From contig JBHLKY010000017.1 of assembly GCA_048886185.1 (NCBI GenBank), positions 30,001 to 62,000 of the forward strand: a stretch of DNA of 32,000 bases, in the 5' to 3' direction. The DNA comes from Candidatus Hermodarchaeota archaeon (GTDB lineage Archaea; Asgardarchaeota; Heimdallarchaeia; Hodarchaeales; Hodarchaeaceae). Positions 8,901 to 17,302 of the stretch are shown in pieces (within the stretch, counting starts at the first letter, position 1; each line of letters begins with the position of its first letter). The notes below the pieces were generated by a model that saw only the letters and a list, made by a program, of their open reading frames with translations, was not told the origin of the DNA and did no database searches. A program made the position numbers and the translations under genes.

Positions 8901-9345
8901 CGCGACGGCAACACCCTTATATTCCAAGCTGAAGTCTGAATTGGAAATAATGGAACAGATGACTAATTTCCTTCAGATTTATGTGAACTTTGGATTAATA
9001 ATCGGAGCTGTTGGGATGGCTGTGATTTCTGTTAGAAACGTTGCGGAAAGAAAACGAGAGATTGGTATGATGAGAGCTATAGGATTTCCTCGCACACAGG
9101 TAATGTTAGCAGCTCTTTTGGAACTATTAGTCCTCGGTATTATTGGTTTGGCGATTGGAGTAGTTAATGGATTGTTTATCAATGTCGGATTCGCAAACAT
9201 GTTAAATGTTCCTGTTGTTATCCCTTGGGGAACAATAGGGGCATATCTATCCCTCATTACATTTATTGGTTTACTTGCAGGAGCAGTACCAGGATGGGTC
9301 GCGTCGAGAATCCCCGCAGCAGAAGCTTTGAGATATGTAGGTTAA
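5926..9345 (+). CDS. ABC transporter permease with two FtsX/MacB-like modules and large extracytoplasmic domains
   Basis: Two copies of the FtsX signature (DREFQTGVMRAVGA; ERKREIGMMRAIGF), each preceded by a large soluble domain. C-terminal RIPAAEALRY. Confidence 0.9.
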   Translation: MGLKASLKIAKRALIRRKTKNLSAILAITLGVTLMVGIQITTDTLEKSFLTSLLVREGEIDLRVTNATGSYLAAADEENISALVEDELGIMAELKTRTPVILGSQFEPSAELAGIPIDYPEAFGTFYDWKSGEELEIEDYLIDNTSVLLSSKLAKNLGVNKDNYSLPLSLTTEFTNITLLLYLNASFQPVIETNIVNERLNLTITNIFDSNRPGIGAQYRGILFSLHHLQEWISLQASPLLIDQILYRKYNRTTDFIGSYVITLQTDHFSNPIDRDYLEDHFNALEEAVPEILIDDELVKIYAIESARLQYIVLIDLIFNMMSAFLNVLGLLIIITGVLLITNVQLMSVEDREFQTGVMRAVGAKRQGIFTSMLFETIFQGVFGGIFGLIGGLIFGQLVALYLVSLFGTGSASVQPVVKESVVILSVIIGVTLGIITGLLPALRASRVNIVEALRGIKIVLQEKSSRNLAILGVILSLAGCIFLLNNGFFNDDLQYIWKTTGWDSIKEWENILLGAGFLFSGLGIILSRYISRSKAFNLSAIILWATPVFMFVVAMGEGWISDMSGEALDILIISIVEIVIGSVLIVGMNLAPLMRFLRGSLIKISGLKGVAQVAPALISSHKTRSTLTFAIFAVVLTLNVTVASLVATNIDSTIGQAEEDSRGIDLFVTLEPRPEPILENTSYTKELYSLDPSITDVIGVKTFTPSIFDESKNVRLEDPTNNTLADKVPIGYVELRPDQIRGDALDASHDNWRYDFYLSAFPDDIRPPGMISSGMGFSGLDMSDEELLNLSKNAWDAFFNPSYRMTAYNISFNLESLSNLDISELSELFSQDLDEVEKLVDENGALIKNPIVFTDSFILPLGMQIWVPMNNSNGIVYQPFTIGGRFDSERAGGFPLSVSGFAGGGFTGGDFRNTLGNIYLPEHYAKLTSFLGEADGVTPTSRSPNQFDKYLIKTSYAIDDPVVEDLARSIEEFTNTKDKGYRQIIGDNFIIATATPLYSKLKSELEIMEQMTNFLQIYVNFGLIIGAVGMAVISVRNVAERKREIGMMRAIGFPRTQVMLAALLELLVLGIIGLAIGVVNGLFINVGFANMLNVPVVIPWGTIGAYLSLITFIGLLAGAVPGWVASRIPAAEALRYVG

Positions 9346-9359
9346 TTTGGAGGAATTAA

Positions 9360-10121
9360 ATGTCACACGGAGAAGTAATGATTGTTGATGGAATTAAATT
9401 CCAAATTTATGATGAATCACAACCCATTCTTAAAATAAAGGGTCTACACAAAAAATACAATGAAGGAAAGTCAAATGAAGTTCACGCACTTAGAGGTATC
9501 GATCTTGAAGTGAAAAGAGGAGATATGATGGCTATTATGGGCCCTTCTGGGTGTGGGAAGACCACATTATTGAATATGATTGGACATCTTGACACAAACT
9601 CTGGTGGAGAAATCATTATCAATAATATTAATACTAATAAACTCTCTGACGCAAAGATGACAGCATTTCGAAGAGATAATATTGGCTTCATTTTTCAGCT
9701 CTTTAATTTATTCCCATTCCTTACAGCGGTTGAGAATGTTGAAACCCCATTATTATTAAAAGGAATAAATTCAGCTATTGCAAGAGAGCAAGCGAAGATG
9801 CTCTTACGAGATCTTGGAATGGGTGACCGCTTATATCATGACCCCCTAGAGCTCTCAGGTGGACAACAACAACGCGTTGCAGTTGCTAGAGCTTTGATTA
9901 ATGAACCAGCCATAATCTTGGGAGATGAACCCACAGGTGACCTCGATTCAACTACTAGCGGAGAAGTGATGGCCCTGTTTCGACGAATAAATAGAATTAA
10001 TAACCAAACATTCGTTCTTGTCACACATAACCGATTTATCGCAGAAAAATGTGACTATATCATCCATATGATTGATGGTAAGATATCAAGTGTAGAATAC
10101 GGCCCTTTTATGGAGGAATAA
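9360..10121 (+). CDS. ABC ATP-binding protein, LolD/MacB-like
   Basis: Walker A GPSGCGKT, Q-loop FIFQLFNL, signature LSGGQQQR, Walker [13 protein letters not shown]-loop VTHN. Confidence 0.95.
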   Translation: MSHGEVMIVDGIKFQIYDESQPILKIKGLHKKYNEGKSNEVHALRGIDLEVKRGDMMAIMGPSGCGKTTLLNMIGHLDTNSGGEIIINNINTNKLSDAKMTAFRRDNIGFIFQLFNLFPFLTAVENVETPLLLKGINSAIAREQAKMLLRDLGMGDRLYHDPLELSGGQQQRVAVARALINEPAIILGDEPTGDLDSTTSGEVMALFRRINRINNQTFVLVTHNRFIAEKCDYIIHMIDGKISSVEYGPFMEE

Positions 10122-10124
10122 TCC

Positions 10125-11951
10125 TTGAAAGTTTACACAGCTGCTTTAATAGATAAACCTTTGAGATCTATCAATAGAGATCTAAGTAAAAAAGTTACCT
10201 CGGATATTAAAAAGGCCTTAAATGTCAAGGGAAGTGCCATAACAAGTCAAGAATTAAATACTTTTCTTTTTACTTCAGGAGAAACGAAAAATGGCACTCT
10301 TGATATTGGTGATCTGATTGAAAGGATCGAAAAAGGATCTGTTTATAATCGATTTGTTAAATATAACAAAGAAAATGAAACCCGTTTCAAACAGCTTCTG
10401 AATAATAATCAAGAATTACATGAAACTTCTCAAATTGTCAAGGATTTCATTAAAGAAATTAATCCGGGCTTGCCCAAAAAACTGGAAAAAGAGTTAGGAA
10501 AAATTAAAACTGAATTACCAAGGATTTTTTGTGAACTCAGTACAAGAAGCTTTATTACTCTCTGGGATCTTAATGAAACTCAGGATTATAGGTTTTATTT
10601 ATCTGGATTTGATTTTCCTGTTTTTACTGGCAAAATGGATATTTCCATGAATATAGGAGATATAGTTGATCAGATTTTAATAGTCAATTTTTTCATGACA
10701 TTCTTGAAACCAACAATTCAGCGTTTAGACAAGATGTATTCAATTCTTCACCAACTCGAACAGGAAATCTTGAAACAACATTATAGAACTAACAACCATA
10801 AACTTCAGTCCAAATTCGAACTTTTCCTGCGAATTTTAGTTGCTAAGTTGAGTGCATTACAAGAGTTGGATAATCTAATCTATCGAATTTTGAATCTGTT
10901 TGACATTCCATTTATGTCCTTAACACAATACAACTTAAAAAGTGACTTTCTTGATTTCAACACAGAAATTACCAGAATATCAGAGGAGATCCAAGCTGGA
11001 AAGTCAAAACTTCATGAGGTTAGTGAGTTCATTCAACGGTGCCAATTATGTATTCGAGATTACCTTGATGAAGGAATAAATGGAGTAAAAACAGCGGAAT
11101 CCATTGAGGAATTTAAAAGCGCATTAACACCTGTGGGTGAATTAAGTGTAGATCTATTTGTAGAAGCTGAGATACTTAAAATTTGGTCAGATTACTTTGG
11201 TTCTGATCTACCATATTTTAGCTTTAATTCTCAATTACTTCATTCAACTGAAACTGAAGCAGAAGAAATTGACAGAGATGTAATACTTGCAGTAAGAGGC
11301 TTATATAAAAATTATAATTTAGGACGTAATACAGTTTATGCAATCAGAGGAGTGAATCTTGATATAAAGGAAGGGGAATTCGTTGCTATTGTTGGTAGTT
11401 CAGGAGCAGGAAAAACAACATTGTTAAACTGCATGGCAAGCTTAGATTCCCCTGATCATGGAGCTGTGTATTTCCGTGGCAAAAATCTTCACCGAATGAA
11501 AGATTCTGAAAAATCTGAATTAAGATTAAAAGAAATGGGATTTATTTTCCAGAGTTATGCTTTATTACCACATTTCAATACCCGAGAGAATGTTACTTTA
11601 CCAGCAGACTTAGTTGGGGGATTAAGTAAAGGAATTAAGCGACGAATAGAAGATCTTCTCAAAGGAGTTGGTATTGATCAGCAAGCGAAACAATTTCCAG
11701 CACAATTAAGTGGAGGACAGATGCAACGTGTAGCAATCGCTCGCGCTCTCACTAATCGTCCTACAGTGATTTTCGCTGATGAACCAACAGGTGACCTTGA
11801 TAGTATGACTGGCACTCAGGTTATGGAATTACTGAAGAAGTTCCATGAAGAAACAAAAACAACGATCATAATAATTACTCACGAACAAGATATAGCAGCT
11901 TATGCCCAGAGGCAAGTCTTGATGGAAGATGGAATAATTTCACGTCATTAA
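10125..11951 (+). CDS. LolD-like ABC ATPase with a ~385-aa N-terminal soluble helical extension (TTG start)
   Basis: The C-terminal ~220 aa from ~11280 has [36 protein letters not shown]. The N-terminal part has no TM segments and no motif I recognise. Confidence 0.85.
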   Translation: MKVYTAALIDKPLRSINRDLSKKVTSDIKKALNVKGSAITSQELNTFLFTSGETKNGTLDIGDLIERIEKGSVYNRFVKYNKENETRFKQLLNNNQELHETSQIVKDFIKEINPGLPKKLEKELGKIKTELPRIFCELSTRSFITLWDLNETQDYRFYLSGFDFPVFTGKMDISMNIGDIVDQILIVNFFMTFLKPTIQRLDKMYSILHQLEQEILKQHYRTNNHKLQSKFELFLRILVAKLSALQELDNLIYRILNLFDIPFMSLTQYNLKSDFLDFNTEITRISEEIQAGKSKLHEVSEFIQRCQLCIRDYLDEGINGVKTAESIEEFKSALTPVGELSVDLFVEAEILKIWSDYFGSDLPYFSFNSQLLHSTETEAEEIDRDVILAVRGLYKNYNLGRNTVYAIRGVNLDIKEGEFVAIVGSSGAGKTTLLNCMASLDSPDHGAVYFRGKNLHRMKDSEKSELRLKEMGFIFQSYALLPHFNTRENVTLPADLVGGLSKGIKRRIEDLLKGVGIDQQAKQFPAQLSGGQMQRVAIARALTNRPTVIFADEPTGDLDSMTGTQVMELLKKFHEETKTTIIIITHEQDIAAYAQRQVLMEDGIISRH

Positions 11952-12193
11952 TCAAGTATTTATTTTTCCTCAGTACTTCTCTAGATATTTCATATAACTT
12001 AAGATGATTACAGCAGTTATGTTTAACACAAAGGGGAAGAAATAGAGAGAGAACAAGATTACAGCCCTTTGAATCTTGATTGCGAATAGTCTATCTAGAA
12101 AGGCAATTAAATAGCATTGAGGTGTCATTTAGACATAATTGAGTAGTCTTTCACTCAAATTCTCAGCCTTACTAATGAATTCATCTGAATCAA

Positions 12194-13186
12194 GTGAAAG
12201 GAGAATATCGCTTGAATAACCCGGATTATTTGACACGAATTCATTTGAAAGGTGCCGTACCCATAATCTTTGAGAATCTTTTCAAACATTGCCCTACTAG
12301 AGAACTTTCTGGGGATTTTTTTGCATCTATTGGTTTCAATAAACCAGGAAAAGAGTTAAACATTCAAGGTAAAAAAGTTCAAGTACTTCTAATTAATTGT
12401 CAAAAATGTAATTGCCAAGATGATTATTCTGATTCAACAGTAGTATTTGTGAAACTAAATGACAGAGGGAGCTTCAAGAAACTCAATAGCTATTTTAATT
12501 TAACTCAAAAGGTCAATGACAATTATAGACATCAAAGAACTATTATTGGATTGTTAGAGGAACCAGTGCAAGTTTCTCAAGCTGAAAGAGATGAATTAAG
12601 CACTAATAGAAACATAGAATATCATGAAATATCAGTCAATGAAATTGAAGACCTTGAGAAAATTCTTATTGATATAATAGAAAAGAGTCTTCTTCTTCCA
12701 CAGTATTTATTAAAAATAGCTTGCTTAGGTTCGGAAAAAAAGACTTCAATCATTCACAATTATGTCAAAGATAATTTAACTGCTGATTATTTACCAACAT
12801 TAGGAGTTGATATTACTAATAAAAGATTAAATGTCCATGGAGTAAGAGTTGATCTAATCATTGTTGATACAGCAGAGCAAAAAGACTTTGGAAAATTAAG
12901 ACCAAATTACTATCGAGGGGCCAATGGTGGTCTGATTTTCTTTGATTTTGAAAGAGAAAAAAGTTTTAACGCTATCAGGGGGTGGATCAATGAATTTTCT
13001 ACTTATATCAAAGATCCTATTCCCATCGCTTTAATTGGTATTGAGGGAGAAAGACAAAGAGTTCCTGTAAATGAAGCCAAGGCCTTAGCACAAGAATATA
13101 ACATGGAATTTTATAAAATACAAAAGAACAAACCTAAATTAAATGAAATAGCCAAAAAAATAACTGAAATAATTCTGACCAATTAA
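12194..13186 (+). CDS. Rab-like small-GTPase-fold protein, two tandem degenerate G domains (GTG start)
   Basis: C-terminal domain (~12704-13183): KIACLG, YLPTLGVD, DTAEQ, YYRGA, FFDFEREKSF..IRGW. The N-terminal domain aligns by eye to the same fold (SIGF..KELNIQGKKVQVLLIN; VVFVKLNDRGSFKKL; QVS..E..EL...NIEYHEIS). Confidence 0.8.
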   Translation: MKGEYRLNNPDYLTRIHLKGAVPIIFENLFKHCPTRELSGDFFASIGFNKPGKELNIQGKKVQVLLINCQKCNCQDDYSDSTVVFVKLNDRGSFKKLNSYFNLTQKVNDNYRHQRTIIGLLEEPVQVSQAERDELSTNRNIEYHEISVNEIEDLEKILIDIIEKSLLLPQYLLKIACLGSEKKTSIIHNYVKDNLTADYLPTLGVDITNKRLNVHGVRVDLIIVDTAEQKDFGKLRPNYYRGANGGLIFFDFEREKSFNAIRGWINEFSTYIKDPIPIALIGIEGERQRVPVNEAKALAQEYNMEFYKIQKNKPKLNEIAKKITEIILTN

Positions 13187-13257
13187 AAGTATGTATACTC
13201 TTTCTGATAAAAGAGTCGTTCAACTTATAACAAAACAAATGAATTATTTACTGAATA

Positions 13258-14361
13258 TTGATGGATAAAGTTCTGTTAAATAATAAAGGGGTCTCACTCC
13301 CATTTAGCGATATACTTCTGATATCATCGTATGCTTTATTTTATCCATTATTTTTGGGATTAATATTCATTGTTACAAGTTTCTTCATTGATGATGTCAT
13401 CCCATTTTACATCATTTTACTTATAGTATCTCTTATTTTATTGGTAATTATTGGCATATTCTTTTATAAATCTTATAAAGAACTTCGATTATATGCTACT
13501 GAAGTATCTTACGTTCAGTTTCAACCATCATGGCGAGATTTAGTCATCCAGATGATTTTTCAAATTTATTATATTATATTTCTTGGTTTAATACTTGCTG
13601 CATTCTTGGGATCAAGTATGACTGAATTTTTGCCTCAGTGGATGATTTTAAGTGCAGCACTGATAATTTCATTAGGATATCAAGGGATCCTAGTCTTTCT
13701 ATCAATGAACTCAAAAAGAAAATTATTAGCTACAGCTCAGCAACCTGTCAAACCTGAAATTGTCGAAAATGTAAAACAATTTCCCAATAGTCATTTGATA
13801 AGTATTTTTCGGTTTGCAGATATTCAGCTTGCCTCTCTATTCCTATCAGCTGGTGTTATGACTCTCGGATGGAAAAATATCTGTTTAATCTCTCAGTATT
13901 TCAATTGGAAACTAACAGATGAGGAGCTCATTGCTGTATTAGGTCATGAAGAAGGACATTTGGCAAGATATCATATAAGAACTGCTTATCTTATCATTGG
14001 AACAGAGGGATTCCTTCGTACTTTAAGGATTTTTTGTATTATTACAGGATTATTACTTGTTTTGAATAATTTACCTCTAATCGCGTTAAACTCAAGTTCT
14101 TCATTGATTTTTCTCTTTCTATTTGTTTTTATCTTTCTTACATCATCATGTTTAACAATAATTCAGCGTTACCGAGTTTATTTACAGGAAATTCGTGCTG
14201 ACAACTATGGAGGAAATCTAGTAGGTTATGAATTATTAGCTAATACGTTGAAAAAACTACCTACTCTGATTCCTGCACCTATTGGAACCCAGCAAATGGA
14301 TTTTTTAGGATTCCGAATTGCTCTCCTCCGTGAACAAGCTAAACATCTAAAACAAAATTAA
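13258..14361 (+). CDS. M48-family (HtpX/Ste24-like) membrane zinc metalloprotease (likely ATG 13261)
   Basis: LTDEELIAVLGHEEGH (HExxH), downstream QEIRADNYG (ExxAD), multiple TM helices. Confidence 0.85.
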   Translation: MMDKVLLNNKGVSLPFSDILLISSYALFYPLFLGLIFIVTSFFIDDVIPFYIILLIVSLILLVIIGIFFYKSYKELRLYATEVSYVQFQPSWRDLVIQMIFQIYYIIFLGLILAAFLGSSMTEFLPQWMILSAALIISLGYQGILVFLSMNSKRKLLATAQQPVKPEIVENVKQFPNSHLISIFRFADIQLASLFLSAGVMTLGWKNICLISQYFNWKLTDEELIAVLGHEEGHLARYHIRTAYLIIGTEGFLRTLRIFCIITGLLLVLNNLPLIALNSSSSLIFLFLFVFIFLTSSCLTIIQRYRVYLQEIRADNYGGNLVGYELLANTLKKLPTLIPAPIGTQQMDFLGFRIALLREQAKHLKQN

Positions 14362-14461
14362 AGAAAGGCAAATAAGAGGCTAGATTCCAGAAAAAAACCT
14401 TATTATTTCCCATTTCTCAAGATAGTACTTCAATCACCTTTAATCATAATCGTTTACATAT

Positions 14462-16003
14462 TTATTCTTTAAAATTACTTCTAAATGAGCGATCCTGAAA
14501 TTTTAAGGGATTGAAAACTCTGTCAAGAGCATTCCCAATGAACATAAATGCCGTAGCCATTAACACGATACATAATCCTGGAGGAATTATAGCCCACCAA
14601 GCTCCAATGGATAAACCACCTTCATAATGAGTCTCAGCTAACATGTATCCCCATGAAAGCCAAGCAGGCAATCGTTTTACTCTCCTTTCAATTTCCTCGT
14701 TTCCTCTTTGGATAGGATAATCCATAAAAGACAATCCAGCTTCAATATTGATAGCAGTTGCCGCGTTCGTGGTAAATTGGACAAAAATTAACCCAAGGAT
14801 GTTAGGTAATATATAACGAAAGATAATGTACCAATCACTGGCGCCAGCTGCTCTAGCGGACTCAATATAGAGTTGTTCGCGTTCAACAATGACTCTTGAT
14901 CGTATAATCCGTGCAGTTGAAGGCCAAATAAAAATTGCGATTAAAAAAGGTAGGAAGAAAGCAGAGACCTGAAATTGAGACAAAAGTAAGAAAATAATTA
15001 ATAAACTAGGATATATTAGCAGTAAGTCCACTGTTCCCATTGTCACAGTATCAAATAACCCACCACGGTATCCTGCAATGATTCCAGTTATCACACCCAT
15101 AACTAGGGAGGCTATTCCAGCTAAAAAGGCTACAAAAAACGATACTTGAATGCTGTAACAAAGCTGAACAAAAATATCTTGGCCTACGTGATTGGTTCCC
15201 AAAAGACCATGGGTTGGACGAGTAACAAATAGTTCAACCAGATCAAACCAAACATCAACAGATCCGATCTCAGCTGGATTTGTATATCGATAATCAACAC
15301 CAAATTCAAGGTTAATGGTCGAATTTGGCTGAAAAACATAAATTAACTGAACAAAAGGGAGATACCTTTTATATAGCATCCATTCTGAATGATCAGGAGG
15401 ATGTACACGGAAGTATGTAGTCCAAGCGGGTAAATTACTTCCTTCTGGAATAACTAATCTGATGTACGGCGAGATTGATGAAAAGCTTATATCTCCAGTT
15501 ATATTGATTTTCATCCACCAACTGAGAGTGGCATTGATAGGCATATTATATGGCCATTGAAATTCTAAGTTTCCTCTAGCATTTCCCTGATAACTAAGAG
15601 TGCTATCTTTATCCACAAAAGTGAAGTGTGCTGATCTTCCTCCAGTTATGAAATCTAATTTATCATAGTTGAATAACATGACTGAGGAATCTGAAACGTT
15701 GAAAGACCAACTATTGCTCCTAAGTTTCGTATCGGTTACAATATTCCCAGAAGCAGGGATTAAACTTTTGGGGAGAAACTCAACCCAGTCAGGTGGAAGA
15801 TTATTTGATGATACATAAGAAGCTAAACCAGAAGGAGGAGGGAAAGCACCATTTTCCGATAGGATTGGTACAATTATCCCCATTACCGCGAATAGGAGGA
15901 GGAGACAAAACCCAAAAACACCCCGCTTTTCTCTTAGAAAGCTATGAATATAACTCTCGTATCGCTCCTTCCGACTTTTTCGATATCTGATGTTTTTTTT
16001 CAC
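14462..16003 (-). CDS. DppC/OppC-like peptide ABC permease with large extracytoplasmic insert (paralog 1, GTG start)
   Basis: HGLLGTNHVGQDIF, EAA loop YIESARAAGASDWYIIFRYILPN, EAGLSF, WWAIIPPG, GNALDRVFNP. ~200-aa soluble insert after TM1. Confidence 0.9.
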   Translation of the reverse strand: MKKNIRYRKSRKERYESYIHSFLREKRGVFGFCLLLLFAVMGIIVPILSENGAFPPPSGLASYVSSNNLPPDWVEFLPKSLIPASGNIVTDTKLRSNSWSFNVSDSSVMLFNYDKLDFITGGRSAHFTFVDKDSTLSYQGNARGNLEFQWPYNMPINATLSWWMKINITGDISFSSISPYIRLVIPEGSNLPAWTTYFRVHPPDHSEWMLYKRYLPFVQLIYVFQPNSTINLEFGVDYRYTNPAEIGSVDVWFDLVELFVTRPTHGLLGTNHVGQDIFVQLCYSIQVSFFVAFLAGIASLVMGVITGIIAGYRGGLFDTVTMGTVDLLLIYPSLLIIFLLLSQFQVSAFFLPFLIAIFIWPSTARIIRSRVIVEREQLYIESARAAGASDWYIIFRYILPNILGLIFVQFTTNAATAINIEAGLSFMDYPIQRGNEEIERRVKRLPAWLSWGYMLAETHYEGGLSIGAWWAIIPPGLCIVLMATAFMFIGNALDRVFNPLKFQDRSFRSNFKE

Positions 16004-16309
16004 TAAAATACACCAAGTTTCAAAGTTTAAAACAAGTTTTGCTTAGTAACAGGAGCGTTTTCGGGAGTAGAGATTGCTAAATTTCAAATAGATTCATTTA
16101 CACCTACTTTTATGGGCTTATCCTTTTGTTGAAATTCTGACCTTTTAAAGAATTTTGATACAGGTAATTTATCTTCACCTAATGAAGAGATTTACATATA
16201 GAATCAGAGAATCTTCAAAATAATGTTTTGTAGAAAGTGCTACAAAACACATAACATCATTCAAGCAAATGGACTAATGTCAATTATTTGGAACAGATGG
16301 TGATAATTT

Positions 16310-17302
16310 ATGGAGTATGTTAAATTAGGTTCAACAGGATTAGATGTATCAAGAATTTGTTTAGGCATGATGTCGTATGGTGATCCTAGAGTATTAAAAT
16401 GGTGTTTAGATCTAGATGCGTCACGCCCAATTATTATGAAAGCTTTGGATTTAGGCATCAATTTTTTTGACACAGCTAATGTTTATTCTAGAGGACGTTC
16501 AGAAGAAATCACTGGTGAACTACTTAAAGAGTATCGTGACGATGTTGTAGTAGCAACAAAGGTTTTCTTTCCAGTAGAAGGTTTTGTTACTTCACCCAAA
16601 CCCAATAAAAGTGGTCTCTCAAGATATCATATCTCACGAGCAATTAAGGACTCTTTGAAGCGTTTAAATATGGATTATGTGGATCTTTACCAGATTCATC
16701 GGTTAGATCCCAATATACCAATTGAAGAAATTCTACGCTCGTTAAATCTCCTGATCAACAATGGTACCGTTCTTCATATTGGTGCTAGTTCTATGTTCGC
16801 ATGGCAATTCACTAAGAGCTTATGGTTGGCTGAACGTTATGGATTGGAACCATTCAAAACAATGCAGAATCATTATAATCTATGTTATCGTGAGGAAGAA
16901 CGTGAGATGTTACCTCTCTGCAAAAACCAGGGAATTGGCGTCATTCCGTGGTCCCCATTAGCTCGAGGATTCCTTTCAGGAAAGTATACTCGAGAGGGTA
17001 ACGCAGATGAATATACTAGAGCTCGAGCAGATAGATACCTGAAATCACGTTTTTTTAAGCCCTATGACTTCGATGTGGTTGAACGAGTTGTAGAAATTGC
17101 TCATGAAAAAGATGTCAAACCAACCCAGATTGCACTTGCTTGGTTATTTTCAAAAGATTATGTAACATCACCGATTATTGGCATAACAAAAATTGAGCAC
17201 ATTGAGGAAGCAGTTGAAGCACTCGACATTAAATTATCAGAAGAAGAGATTAAACGATTGGAAGAACCGTATATACCTCATCCAATAATAGGTCATTCAT
17301 AA
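16310..17302 (+). CDS. Aldo/keto reductase (YajO/aryl-alcohol dehydrogenase-like)
   Basis: LGSTGLDVSRICLG, FDTANVY (catalytic D,Y), VATKV (K), DYVDLYQIHR (H), IPWSPLARG. Confidence 0.92.
   Translation: MEYVKLGSTGLDVSRICLGMMSYGDPRVLKWCLDLDASRPIIMKALDLGINFFDTANVYSRGRSEEITGELLKEYRDDVVVATKVFFPVEGFVTSPKPNKSGLSRYHISRAIKDSLKRLNMDYVDLYQIHRLDPNIPIEEILRSLNLLINNGTVLHIGASSMFAWQFTKSLWLAERYGLEPFKTMQNHYNLCYREEEREMLPLCKNQGIGVIPWSPLARGFLSGKYTREGNADEYTRARADRYLKSRFFKPYDFDVVERVVEIAHEKDVKPTQIALAWLFSKDYVTSPIIGITKIEHIEEAVEALDIKLSEEEIKRLEEPYIPHPIIGHS

Noticed and set aside
12054-12078. Inverted repeat CAAGATT-N11-AATCTTG between the ABC operon and the GTPase gene
   Set aside because: Single weak 7-bp stem without a U-tract; insufficient to call a terminator or operator.
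12194-14361. Rab-like gene next to a Ste24-like protease as a CAAX-processing module
   Set aside because: The GTPase-fold protein ends EIILTN with no C-terminal Cys, and the M48 protein cannot be distinguished from generic HtpX-like proteases.
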